From: Thermodesulfobacteriota bacterium
GTDB taxonomy: Bacteria > Desulfobacterota_D > UBA1144 > Nemesobacterales > UBA2774
Length of the DNA stretch: 64,000 nt
NCBI GenBank assembly: GCA_963422265.1
Contig: OY729416.1
Coordinates: forward strand, 1,056,001-1,120,000
Direction of reading: 5' to 3'
Positions 34,396 through 44,527 of this stretch are shown here, one piece after another. Within the stretch, counting starts at the first letter, position 1, and each line of letters begins with the position of its first letter. Both the position numbers and the translations under genes were made by a program. The notes beneath the pieces were generated by a model. It had not been told where the DNA came from, made no database searches, and saw only the letters and a list, made by a program, of their open reading frames with translations.

Positions 34396-36261
34396 TCACT
34401 TTTCCGTCACGGGCGGAGTTTCCGTCACGCGCTCAAGGATTTCATACACCCGGCTGACCATAGAACGCGGATCCTCCAAAAAACCTGCCGAAATCAGCGT
34501 GTTATCAAAGATCTGCTCGGCAATCAGCTTGGCTAGATCAGAATCCTCGCCTATTAAGTTCACTAGATTCTTTATAAGCCCATGGCGCGGATTGATCTCT
34601 AAGTTAACGGAGTCTTTAACGTTCATGTCCTGCTTCATTGCCTTCATCATTCGCCGCATAGAAGGGGTCATAAGTTTATCGGCGTTCAAAGCGATTGCAG
34701 GACTATCAACTAACCGTTTGCTCAATCTCACTTCGTTAACGCGCTCACTCAGGGTTTCCTTCATCCATTCACAGAGCATCTTGGCTTCCTTTTCGGAAAT
34801 CGCCGCCTCTTGGGAAGAGACTTCTTTAAGTTCCATATCGGCATTATCAGCCGAAACGAGGTTTTTACCGTCATACTGTGAAAGGCTTGACATAACAAAC
34901 TCGTCAACTGGCTCGTAAAGGTAAAGAACTTCCAGCCCCTGCACCTTAAAAGTCTCGAGATGAGGTCCTGCTTCTAACGTCTCGCGATTAGATGAGTAGA
35001 GGTAGTAAATTTCTTTCTGATCCTCACCCATACGAGACACATAATCGTCTAACGTTGTAAATTGATCTTTCTGGGTTGATGAAGATTCGTAACGGAGGAG
35101 TTTGGCAAGCTGATCGCGGTTCGTAAAATCTGCCGCAACACCCTCTTTAATAAATATTGAGAATCTCTTATAGAATTCTTCATACTTTTCGGCGTCTTTT
35201 TTGGAATCATCGCTAAGGAACTTAATAAACTTGCTTATAATTACCTGCCCTATCTTACTGGTAAGGGCGCTGTCCTGCATAGCCTCACGCGAAATGTTAA
35301 GTGGGAGATCAGCACTGTCAACTACGCCCTTTAGAAAACGCAGCCAGTCTGGCACAAGCCCTTTGGGTTTAGAATCAATCAATATTTTCTTGCAGTATAA
35401 GCTTAATCCCGGATCAATCTTACCAAAGCCGAACCTCTCAGGGTTTTCTTTCGGAACGAATATAAGCGCGTTTATATCAAGGGGAGCTTCAGAGCTGAAA
35501 TGGAGCCTGTAAGTCGGCTCGTCAAAAGCGTCTGACTGAAATTTATAAAACTCCGTATAGTCATCATCCGCAATCTCATTTCTATTCCTCATCCAGATCG
35601 GTTGCACGTTATTAATTTGCTCGCCCTTCAGCTTAATCGGAAACTGAACGAAGCTCGAATAGTGAGTGAGAACGCTCTTTACTCTATCCGAATTTGAAAA
35701 CTCTTTACTCTCTTCTTTCAGGTGAAGGACTATCTTGGTGCCTCGTCTAACGCCCCTAGCGGACGTTATTTCATAGGCACCGGAGCCGTCGCTCTTCCAT
35801 AATAAGCTCTTAGTACCCTTTTTCCAGCTATGCGTATATACCTCAACCGACTTGGCAACCATAAACACGCTATAGAATCCAACCCCAAACTGCCCTATAA
35901 GATTATCATTGACGCCACCGTCTTCTTTTACAGCTTGTAAAAAAGCTTTAGAGCCTGAATGAGCGATTGTCCCAAGATTCTCGATCAGTTCGTCCTTTGT
36001 CATTCCGATCCCATAATCCTCAATAGTAATGGTATTCTCAGAATCATCCACGTGAACGCTGATCTCGAGATCCAGATTGTCATCATATATCTCTTTTTCC
36101 GTCAACTGTAAATATCTCAGCTTCTCAAGAGCGTCCGACGCGTTTGAAATAAGCTCCCTTATAAATACCTCTTTGTCCTTATAGAGAGAGTTTATTACGA
36201 TATCTAGAACCTGCTTGACTTCGGCTTGGAATTCATGCTTCTTCGGAGATTTCTCAGCCAT
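34396..36261 (-). CDS. htpG: Chaperone HtpG (Hsp90)
   Basis: FIRELISNASDA, NLGTIAHSG, IGQFGVGFYS. Confidence 0.98.
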   Translation of the reverse strand: MAEKSPKKHEFQAEVKQVLDIVINSLYKDKEVFIRELISNASDALEKLRYLQLTEKEIYDDNLDLEISVHVDDSENTITIEDYGIGMTKDELIENLGTIAHSGSKAFLQAVKEDGGVNDNLIGQFGVGFYSVFMVAKSVEVYTHSWKKGTKSLLWKSDGSGAYEITSARGVRRGTKIVLHLKEESKEFSNSDRVKSVLTHYSSFVQFPIKLKGEQINNVQPIWMRNRNEIADDDYTEFYKFQSDAFDEPTYRLHFSSEAPLDINALIFVPKENPERFGFGKIDPGLSLYCKKILIDSKPKGLVPDWLRFLKGVVDSADLPLNISREAMQDSALTSKIGQVIISKFIKFLSDDSKKDAEKYEEFYKRFSIFIKEGVAADFTNRDQLAKLLRYESSSTQKDQFTTLDDYVSRMGEDQKEIYYLYSSNRETLEAGPHLETFKVQGLEVLYLYEPVDEFVMSSLSQYDGKNLVSADNADMELKEVSSQEAAISEKEAKMLCEWMKETLSERVNEVRLSKRLVDSPAIALNADKLMTPSMRRMMKAMKQDMNVKDSVNLEINPRHGLIKNLVNLIGEDSDLAKLIAEQIFDNTLISAGFLEDPRSMVSRVYEILERVTETPPVTEK

Positions 36262-36442
36262 TTTGATCTGCTACCTCCCCACTTATTGGTTCTATTTAAC
36301 AGCTAAAGTGATTTACAATAATAGAAAAATATGCACGTAGAGGCAAATTTCAAGTTGCGATTTCCATCTTTACTTGCTTTTCATTGGTATTTCAACAAGA
36401 TTTATAATTATAGATATTTATAAACATTCTTAATTTTATACT

Positions 36443-37627
36443 ATGCCTGACGTAAGCTCGCCTGCAAGGGCAAGGGGTCAATCTATTAGACCAGAACAGC
36501 TATATCTCTTCGGAGAAACATCTGCATACTCTATCGAGACAGAAGGGATAAAATATATTGGCTCTAAACTCAAACTATTGCCCGATATCCTTTCTATAAT
36601 TAGATCCCTTCCTGTAAGACGGGTTCTTGATGGATTTTCAGGCACAACAAGAGTCAGTCAAGCATTTGCCCAGTGTGGCTATGAAGTAATATCTAATGAT
36701 ATTGCCGTTTGGTCAAAAGTATTCGCAGAATGTTATCTAAAGGGAACTATTACAAAACAACTTGAAGATAAAATAAAATATCTCAATGCCGTAGAACCTA
36801 AAGATGGCTGGTTCACATATCACTACGGGGGAGAAGTTAATAATGGAATATCCATCCAATCAGACGGAAGGAAGCGAGTATGGCAAAAGTATAATACAAG
36901 AAAGTTGGATGCGATAAGATCAGAGATAGATAAAATAGCAGACGATTCTATAGAAAACTCAGTTCTATTGACCAGCTTGATATTAGCATTAGATAAGGCA
37001 GATAATACATTAGGACATTATGCTTATTATCTTAGGGAGTGGTCTCCACGTTCATTTAAAAGCTTAAGACTCTTGTCACCTCGTACTCAAGGTTTAACCG
37101 AAATCTCTGACCGTCATCGAATTACAAATACGGACGTTTTTAATATACTACCTGAGGTAAAAGCAGATTTATCTTATTTCGATCCACCCTATGGTTCCAA
37201 TAATGAGAAAATGCCACCGTCTCGCGTCCGCTATGCCTCTTATTACCATATTTGGAAGACAATATGCTTAAATGATGAACCGGATATAGCAGGAGTTGCA
37301 AACCGCAGAGCAGATTACAATGACAGAGATGCGGGTTCAGTTTTTGAAGAGTTCCGTAAGAATAAAGAAGGAAGATTTATTGCCTTAGAAGCTATTGAAC
37401 AGCTTTTATCAGAATGCACTTCTCCTTACATTTTACTTTCCTACAGCAATGGAGGGAGAGCAACTAAAGAAGAGATCGGAGAAATTATTAGTCGTCTATG
37501 TAAAAACGTCAATGTATTTTCTATGGATTATCAACGCAGCGTTATGTCAGGTATGCGCTGGACTTATGATTGGGTTAGTCAACGAGAAGACAACAATATG
37601 GAGTTCTTGTTTTTAATTGAGAAATGA
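36443..37627 (+). CDS. Orphan DNA adenine methyltransferase (D12 class)
   Basis: YIGSKLKL, DGFSGTTRV (motif I), YFDPPY (motif IV), LSYS. Confidence 0.88.
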   Translation: MPDVSSPARARGQSIRPEQLYLFGETSAYSIETEGIKYIGSKLKLLPDILSIIRSLPVRRVLDGFSGTTRVSQAFAQCGYEVISNDIAVWSKVFAECYLKGTITKQLEDKIKYLNAVEPKDGWFTYHYGGEVNNGISIQSDGRKRVWQKYNTRKLDAIRSEIDKIADDSIENSVLLTSLILALDKADNTLGHYAYYLREWSPRSFKSLRLLSPRTQGLTEISDRHRITNTDVFNILPEVKADLSYFDPPYGSNNEKMPPSRVRYASYYHIWKTICLNDEPDIAGVANRRADYNDRDAGSVFEEFRKNKEGRFIALEAIEQLLSECTSPYILLSYSNGGRATKEEIGEIISRLCKNVNVFSMDYQRSVMSGMRWTYDWVSQREDNNMEFLFLIEK

Positions 37628-37662
37628 TGAGAAAGCAAAATAAAAAACATATTACAAACACA

Positions 37663-39066
37663 ATGAAAAAACCAAAAATAGCCCCAGAATACGCTTGCCA
37701 AGAGTGTGGTAATTTGTCTCCCCGTTGGCTTGGGAAATGTCCAGAATGCGCAGGGTGGAATACTTACGTGGAAGAAAGTAGCACCCCACGACGCGGTAAT
37801 ATGGGAATGACCGCTAAAAAAGACAGAGCAGGGCTAAGTAAGCCCGTCCCCGTAACTCAAATCCAAAGCGAGAGAGAAAAGAGAATAACCACCGATAATA
37901 AAGAGCTAGACAGAGTGCTAGGTGGAGGCTTGGTCCCAGGCTCGGTAATACTCGTAGGTGGAGACCCCGGTATAGGCAAATCCACCATCACGCTCCAAAT
38001 GCTGAATAAAATTAGTTCAGGGGCGCAGAAGAGGGAAGTTAAAGATAGCTTTGACCTTCTATATGTAACTGGAGAAGAATCGCCTGAGCAAGTAAAAATC
38101 AGAGCGGAAAGGATAGGCGCACTATCCAATAACATTTATGTGCTAACAGAAACGTCCGTTGAAGATATAGTGCAACAAATAGACAAACTCTCACCTAAAA
38201 TAGCGGTAATAGATTCGATACAGACTATGTTCACGGAAGAATTGTCATCAGCCCCTGGAAGCGTCGGACAAATCAGGGAATGCACGTCAAAGCTGATGAG
38301 CTACGCAAAGTCAAGCGGCACCGCAATGCTTCTTATAGGACACGTAACGAAGGAAGGGGCTATCGCTGGTCCAAAAGCACTCGAGCATCTCGTAGATACG
38401 GTTCTTTATTTTGAGGGAGGAAAGGACCATCCATATAGAATTTTAAGAGCCGTAAAAAACAGATTCGGCTCGACAAACGAGATAGGAGTTTTTGAAATGA
38501 TGGACAGCGGGCTTAGGGAAGTTAAAAATCCATCTGAAATCTTCCTATCTGAACGTCCAGAGCACGCTCCAGGCTCAGTTGTAACGCCAAGCATTGAAGG
38601 GACAAGGACTATACTGGTTGAGATACAAGCTTTGGTCTCTCCTTGCAACTTTGGGGCGCCAAGGAGAACTACAATAGGATTAGACCACAATCGCGTATCG
38701 CTTCTAGTCGCCGTCCTTGAAAAAAGGGCTGGTCTTCAAATTTTGGGACAGGATATTTTCATGAACGTCGCCGGGGGCGTCAAAATAGAAGAACCGTCAG
38801 TGGACCTGGCAATCTCAATGGCACTAGCGTCTAGCTTTCAGGACAAGCAGATAGACCCATACACCATAGTATTAGGAGAGATTGGCCTTGCAGGGGAGAT
38901 AAGAGGGGTTTCACAAATAGAGCTAAGGCTAAAAGAAGCTGAAAAACTGGGCTTTAAGAAATGTGCGCTCCCTCAAATAAACCTTGACAGGCTAAACTCA
39001 TACGACAATTCTATTTCGCTTGTCGGAGTGGATTCTATTGAAAAAGCAATTGAAGCATTGTTCTAA
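37663..39066 (+). CDS. radA: DNA repair protein RadA/Sms
   Basis: C4 zinc finger, GDPGIGKS, KNRFG. Confidence 0.97.
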   Translation: MKKPKIAPEYACQECGNLSPRWLGKCPECAGWNTYVEESSTPRRGNMGMTAKKDRAGLSKPVPVTQIQSEREKRITTDNKELDRVLGGGLVPGSVILVGGDPGIGKSTITLQMLNKISSGAQKREVKDSFDLLYVTGEESPEQVKIRAERIGALSNNIYVLTETSVEDIVQQIDKLSPKIAVIDSIQTMFTEELSSAPGSVGQIRECTSKLMSYAKSSGTAMLLIGHVTKEGAIAGPKALEHLVDTVLYFEGGKDHPYRILRAVKNRFGSTNEIGVFEMMDSGLREVKNPSEIFLSERPEHAPGSVVTPSIEGTRTILVEIQALVSPCNFGAPRRTTIGLDHNRVSLLVAVLEKRAGLQILGQDIFMNVAGGVKIEEPSVDLAISMALASSFQDKQIDPYTIVLGEIGLAGEIRGVSQIELRLKEAEKLGFKKCALPQINLDRLNSYDNSISLVGVDSIEKAIEALF

Positions 39067-39096
39067 ATTTAAGAACTCAAATAGCCACTTTGCAAA

Positions 39097-39912
39097 ATGA
39101 CCGAGTATAACAGTAAACCCATAGGAATATTTGACTCTGGAATAGGGGGACTCACCGTTGTAAAGGAGCTAATACGAAGACTTCCCAACGAGAGCATTAT
39201 TTATTTAGGCGACACGGCAAGGGTGCCTTACGGCACTAAATCCAGCAGGACTGTCACAACCTACTCGCACAGTAACGCTAAGTTTCTCGTCTCCAAAGGA
39301 ATAAAGCTTTTAATAGCAGCCTGCAACACGGCCTCCTCCGTGTCCATTCCCAGCCTCAACCGAGACTTAGATATTCCCGTAATCGGAGTAATAGAGCCCG
39401 GCGCTAGGAAAGCAGCAACTGTTACGAAAACCAAAAAAGTGGGTGTTATAGGCACTCCATCAACTATAAATAGCGATGCTTATAAAAGCGCCCTAGAAAG
39501 TATTGCGCCTGGCATAGAAGTTCTTTCCAAAGCCTGCCCTCTATTTGTCGCCCTTGCGGACGAGGGTCGAGTAGAGGGTGAAATATCGGAGCTTATCGCG
39601 GAAGAATATCTAAAAAATCTGAAGCACTCTGGAATAGACGCTTTAGTGCTTGGGTGCACGCACTACCCACTTCTGAAACCGGTAATCAGGAAAATTATGG
39701 GCAAAGATATTATATTAGTCGACTCGGCCGAGGAAACAGCCATTGAAACAAGCAAAGTCTTAAACGAAGGGAACATGCTGAATAATGACCCAAAACAAAC
39801 TCAAAAAAAATACTATCTGACGGACGTATCAGATACGTTCTTATCAGTCGCCGAGAATTTTTTAGGGGAAGAAATAGAAAAGATTGAGATGGTGGACATA
39901 ACTGCTCCATAG
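39097..39912 (+). CDS. murI: Glutamate racemase
   Basis: FDSGIGG, ACNTAS, LGCTHYP. Confidence 0.97.
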   Translation: MTEYNSKPIGIFDSGIGGLTVVKELIRRLPNESIIYLGDTARVPYGTKSSRTVTTYSHSNAKFLVSKGIKLLIAACNTASSVSIPSLNRDLDIPVIGVIEPGARKAATVTKTKKVGVIGTPSTINSDAYKSALESIAPGIEVLSKACPLFVALADEGRVEGEISELIAEEYLKNLKHSGIDALVLGCTHYPLLKPVIRKIMGKDIILVDSAEETAIETSKVLNEGNMLNNDPKQTQKKYYLTDVSDTFLSVAENFLGEEIEKIEMVDITAP

Positions 39913-39925
39913 TTATATAGAAAAG

Positions 39926-40321
39926 CTAAACCCTCTCCAGGTCCTCCTGACACGAAAGGCACAGCTTAGTAAAGGGCATTACGATTAGTCGTTCTTTATC
40001 TATACCTTCGTCACAGGAGCCGCATATACCATAAGTGCCTAACTCTATACGCTTAAGTGCATCGTCCACGTGAGCGAGTTTTTCCCTTTCTCTATCTGCT
40101 AGCATAAGAGCAAGTTCTCTGTCTCTCTCGTTCGAGGCATGATCGTAAAAATCACCTATGTCGTGCTTTAGGTGATCCGATTCAGCCTTCATTGACTCGG
40201 CGACTTCCTGCAACAGTTCTGTTCTCATTGCCAAAAGAGCCTGCTTGATCTCTTCTCGCCAATCATGCTTTTTTCTCGACGCCTTTCTTTTAGCTTTGGA
40301 TGGCTTTTTGATTTCCGTCAT
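39926..40321 (-). CDS. dksA: DksA/TraR C4-type zinc finger protein
   Basis: DFYDHAS coiled-coil tip; YGICGSC...CLSC; ATG at 40321. Confidence 0.8.
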   Translation of the reverse strand: MTEIKKPSKAKRKASRKKHDWREEIKQALLAMRTELLQEVAESMKAESDHLKHDIGDFYDHASNERDRELALMLADREREKLAHVDDALKRIELGTYGICGSCDEGIDKERLIVMPFTKLCLSCQEDLERV

Positions 40322-40531
40322 TTTATAGTTATCTTTCTGCTTAGCTGTTCTTGTTAATTTTCTGTTTATGTTCTTAATTTGGAAGGCACGGTAGGATAAG
40401 CACACTAAACCATTTGTCAAGAATTCTTGCTAGAATTCGGGAGCGCTATTCAAGCATCGCGCAAAGAAGTCTCGGCGGCCATAGCTCTAATTGCATAACA
40501 ATTAAAACGTCAAGTTAGGATAGTTAATTAA

Positions 40532-42085
40532 ATGAGCGACACCTCGCCAATACGTAGGGATTTATGGGTAACAAGGTCAGGTCTAATACTCGCAATGGCG
40601 GGCAACGCGGTTGGGCTTGGGAACTTCCTGCGATTTCCCGTTCAGGCTGCCGAGAATGGTGGAGGGGCTTTCATGATTCCCTACTTCATTGCCTTTCTTC
40701 TTATTGGCATACCCCTAATGTGGACAGAGTGGGCTATAGGCAGATACGGAGGCGCCCAGGGTCGTGGCACTACGCCGGCGGTCTTTGGTTTACTATGGAA
40801 CAACGCTTTTTCACGAGTAATCGGCGTATTCGGTCTTTGGATTCCCCTAGTAGTGGCAATTTATTACATATATTTAGAGTCATGGACCCTGGGCTACTCA
40901 ATCCATTTTATTACAGGCACCAGTCCTCAATTAGACGTTGGGGGAAGCGGCACAAAAGATTACGTTCAGCCATTTAGCGACTTTCTGGGAACTTACATAG
41001 GTGCGGGAGGAGGGAATCTGTTTAGCCCTTCCGTTATGGCGTACTGCGCCTTTATAGCAACTTTAGCTATAAACTTCGTTATCCTGTTAAGAGGAATATC
41101 AAAGGGAGTTGAAATTTTCGCCAAATTCGCTCTGCCTGCTTTATTCATAATGGCAATTGTTATTCTTGTCCGCGTTCTGACGCTAAAGACGCCTAACGGA
41201 AGTGCGATTGAAGGATTGAATTTTCTATGGAATCCCGATTTCAGCGCCTTAAGGAATCCCGGAGTATGGGTCGCCGCCGCGGGACAGATCTTCTTTACGC
41301 TTAGCCTAGGCTTTGGAGCCATAATAACTTATGCCTCTTACTTAAGGAGCAAGCAAGACGTAACGCTTAGTGGACTTACTTCCGCTACGATCAACGAGAC
41401 CGCCGAGGTCGTATTAGGCGGATCTATAGCAATACCAGCAGCAGTCGCCTTTTTCGGCGTGGCGGGAGCGGTGTCTATCGCTAAATCGGGAGCTTTTAGT
41501 CTTGGTTTCGTAAGCCTTCCCGCAATATTCGCCAGTATGCCTGCAGGACAGTTTTTGGGGTTTCTTTGGTTCTTCCTTCTTTTCTTTGCGGGTCTTACTT
41601 CTTCCTTAGCGATAATGCAGCCCGTTATTACATTCTTTCAGGACGAGTTCAGCTTGAGCAGGACTAAAGCAGTACTTACCACGATGGGAATAATAATAGT
41701 TAGCGTGCTTATGGTTATTTTTATAAACCAGACGTTAGATGAATGGGATTTCTGGGTGGGAACCATAGGAATTGTAGTGTTTGGGCTTTTGGAGATTATT
41801 ATCTTTATGTGGATTTTCGGTGGGGAAAGGGCATGGAAAGAAATAAACCGAAACGGAATTATAAAAGTACCCAGAATATTCTACTATGTGTTAAGATATA
41901 TTACACCATTGTTTATGCTAGTGCTTTTAGCTTGGTGGGGCGTTAAACACCTCCCAAACGAACTTGAAAAGACCGGCTGGACAATATGGGTTTCAAGAGC
42001 CTATTTAATACTGCTCTTTGCAGTCCTTACCGTTCTCGTATTCATCGCTGAGAAAAGGAGGAAAAGAAAAAATAATGGAACTTGA
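40532..42085 (+). CDS. Sodium-dependent transporter, NSS (LeuT-like) family
   Basis: [15 protein letters not shown]...[19 protein letters not shown]. Confidence 0.93.
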   Translation: MSDTSPIRRDLWVTRSGLILAMAGNAVGLGNFLRFPVQAAENGGGAFMIPYFIAFLLIGIPLMWTEWAIGRYGGAQGRGTTPAVFGLLWNNAFSRVIGVFGLWIPLVVAIYYIYLESWTLGYSIHFITGTSPQLDVGGSGTKDYVQPFSDFLGTYIGAGGGNLFSPSVMAYCAFIATLAINFVILLRGISKGVEIFAKFALPALFIMAIVILVRVLTLKTPNGSAIEGLNFLWNPDFSALRNPGVWVAAAGQIFFTLSLGFGAIITYASYLRSKQDVTLSGLTSATINETAEVVLGGSIAIPAAVAFFGVAGAVSIAKSGAFSLGFVSLPAIFASMPAGQFLGFLWFFLLFFAGLTSSLAIMQPVITFFQDEFSLSRTKAVLTTMGIIIVSVLMVIFINQTLDEWDFWVGTIGIVVFGLLEIIIFMWIFGGERAWKEINRNGIIKVPRIFYYVLRYITPLFMLVLLAWWGVKHLPNELEKTGWTIWVSRAYLILLFAVLTVLVFIAEKRRKRKNNGT

Positions 42086-42215
42086 CGCTCTTATATTTAT
42101 GGTTTGCGCCTGGGGAGCTACATTGGGACTTTTATCCTTCTGCGTAATAACGCTTTTTAGAAACCCACAATCCGCTAAGCATCCATTTGAGAGCAAAAAA
42201 GATGTTCGAGACTAA
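42075..42215 (+). CDS. Small single-TM protein, possible NSS transporter small subunit
   Basis: [24 protein letters not shown], 46 aa, overlaps the NSS stop. Confidence 0.55.
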   Translation: MELDALIFMVCAWGATLGLLSFCVITLFRNPQSAKHPFESKKDVRD

Positions 42216-42235
42216 GAAAGCCGTGCTATCATTCT

Positions 42236-43561
42236 CTATTTCAGAACGCTAGAATCAGGATCAACTCTTCTTAACTTTAGTATGTCTTCTAACTGATGGA
42301 TCAAAAATAACGTCAGCGTTACTGTGGTAGCCCCCACTACCCATGGATATCCACCAAAGATAGCCAGCACGAGCAAAGCTAGAGAGTAAAAATTCCTTCT
42401 ACCCATAGGCCTAAGCAACTTAATTAGCTTGCGTATATGGGTCGTCTTCTTATCATCTATAAGCCTATCAATCTCAAAATAGGTTACTAGACTTCCAGAG
42501 CTAGTGTATCTGCTGAGAAAGTAAAAAGACCAGATGACAAAAAACATAAAAATTCCTATATTAATGCTTCCTAATATTATAGGGATCGGACTTTCCGTAA
42601 CCAAGTAATATCCAAGAGGTGCTCCTATTAAAAAAGATAGGACAGTTACTTGATCCGAAATGGTATCAACCCATTGCCCCTTTTTCGTCTCCATTAGCTT
42701 GACCCTAGCCACCTCTCCGTCGCAACGATCGAGAATAGTGGCGATCTGCAGACAGATTGCTCCGATCACCGGATGTCCGATAGCGTAAAATGCGCCAGAG
42801 AAAGCCCCTATAACGTTGATACCAACGCTTATCATATTTGGAGTAAGCGGGCTTTTAACCAACAACCGACTAGTAGGTAACGAGAACTTACTGTTTATGC
42901 TTCTTGAGATCCATCCGGTTGCTGTTTTTCCCACGTGAGCGAATATCAAATCTTCCGCTCTCTTCACCGAGTCTCCATCAGAGGATAATCTCATCCAATA
43001 GGTGCCTGAGAACCCCTTGTATGTAAGCCTTTCCCTACCAGCCAACTCCTGAACCAACAAGTTTATTGATCCAAAATCCCTTATGGATTCTCCCAGCAAC
43101 TTGCCCGACGCGATGAATGCCCCAACGGCTCTACCGCCGGTTGAAAAAACATCTACAATATCACCCTCCTGAGTAGCTTTGATCCATGCGTCCTTTGAAA
43201 TATCCACCAAAACAAGCAACTCTTCTTCCTTTACTTCTGAATCAATGAAGCTTGAAAGAGCTTCGGGAGTGATCACGAGGTTTGATTGTAGTATAAGAAA
43301 CGGTTTTTGCTTAAGAGCTACCTCGGAGATAGAAGAGCACCAGGCGACTTCGCTTTCTATACGCTTATCGCCTTCTAGCAATTTTTTTAAGGGGAAACCA
43401 GCATTCTCAGCAATTATGGTAAACCGCTTGATTCCTGCTCTTTGAGCAGTTATGATCAACCTTTTTATTTGGGGTAAGGAGCCAAAAACTTCTTTCCCAT
43501 GCGAGCGTAGTTCTTCTCCGTCTATACCTATACCAGACGCTAAAATTATTGCGTAATCCAT
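42236..43561 (-). CDS. CDP-alcohol phosphatidyltransferase with a degenerate N-terminal nucleotidyltransferase-like domain
   Basis: TPNMIS and DRCDGEVAR...G..VDTISD signature; N-terminal AIILASG. Confidence 0.85.
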   Translation of the reverse strand: MDYAIILASGIGIDGEELRSHGKEVFGSLPQIKRLIITAQRAGIKRFTIIAENAGFPLKKLLEGDKRIESEVAWCSSISEVALKQKPFLILQSNLVITPEALSSFIDSEVKEEELLVLVDISKDAWIKATQEGDIVDVFSTGGRAVGAFIASGKLLGESIRDFGSINLLVQELAGRERLTYKGFSGTYWMRLSSDGDSVKRAEDLIFAHVGKTATGWISRSINSKFSLPTSRLLVKSPLTPNMISVGINVIGAFSGAFYAIGHPVIGAICLQIATILDRCDGEVARVKLMETKKGQWVDTISDQVTVLSFLIGAPLGYYLVTESPIPIILGSINIGIFMFFVIWSFYFLSRYTSSGSLVTYFEIDRLIDDKKTTHIRKLIKLLRPMGRRNFYSLALLVLAIFGGYPWVVGATTVTLTLFLIHQLEDILKLRRVDPDSSVLK

Positions 43562-43564
43562 GTT

Positions 43565-44338
43565 CTAGCTTGTTTCTACGATTCCTAGAACCCTTTCTTG
43601 ATACAACCCACCCAAAAATTTATTTGAATTAAACCTAGCTTCGAACAAATCCCTCGGATAATCCACGTCCATCCAGAATAAACTGCCAATATCAAGCGAG
43701 TTAACTTTATATCCCTTTTTAATTAGCCTATAAACTGAAGAGATGTACCATTTGCTCTCTGCCCCGGGCGTCCTCATCTCTTCTTCTATAGACCCTCTTA
43801 TTAGCTCTACGCCAGTGTCTCTAAAGACTCTTATTCCTACCGATTCAGCGGACGTCCTACTCGCCAAAGCTTTGCTAATGCCAATTACCTTTCTTCCATT
43901 TATCTCCACTTTCATGTCTTCATCTTCATAGTTTGTCTTACGCTTGACTGGGATACATATTTTTTCATCCCTCATCTTTAGGGCTTGCTCAAGCACTTCA
44001 ATTTCAAAAACGTCATCTCCGTTCATTACTACCATATCGCCATCCATTTCTCCCCTGGCAATCCAGAGGGATATAAGACTGTTAGTAGTTTGGTAGAATG
44101 GATTATAAAGCGTTTTAATCTTCATTCCCAACCCATCATAATTTCTCAGGAAATTTTCGACTTTCTCAAAACCAAAACCTACCACGATTACAACCTCGTC
44201 AATACCACAAGCTCTTATATGATTTATTTGGTTTTCAAGTATCGTTTCACCACCAATGTCAAGCAAACATTTGGGGACGTATTTGGTATAGGGATACAGC
44301 CTTTTGCCTCTACCAGCCGCAAGTATGAAAGCTTTCAA
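43565..44338 (-). CDS. Phosphocholine/sugar-phosphate cytidylyltransferase family protein
   Basis: ILAAGRGKRL...PKCL, NGDD, EDMKV, WMDVD. Confidence 0.85.
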   Translation of the reverse strand: MKAFILAAGRGKRLYPYTKYVPKCLLDIGGETILENQINHIRACGIDEVVIVVGFGFEKVENFLRNYDGLGMKIKTLYNPFYQTTNSLISLWIARGEMDGDMVVMNGDDVFEIEVLEQALKMRDEKICIPVKRKTNYEDEDMKVEINGRKVIGISKALASRTSAESVGIRVFRDTGVELIRGSIEEEMRTPGAESKWYISSVYRLIKKGYKVNSLDIGSLFWMDVDYPRDLFEARFNSNKFLGGLYQERVLGIVETS

Positions 44339-44527
44339 AATATTTCTCCGTTACGTCTATATCAAATATATCGAAACCACGTCTAGTGCTCCGATAACAT
44401 GAAAAAGAGGGGATCTTATACAAAGCTACATATTCCTTATTCTCTTAACTTGCCTATACTTATAACCCGTATAATTATTTCTGTCAACTTACTGGTTATT
44501 ACAAAGTTGACAATAAGCAACTTAAGG

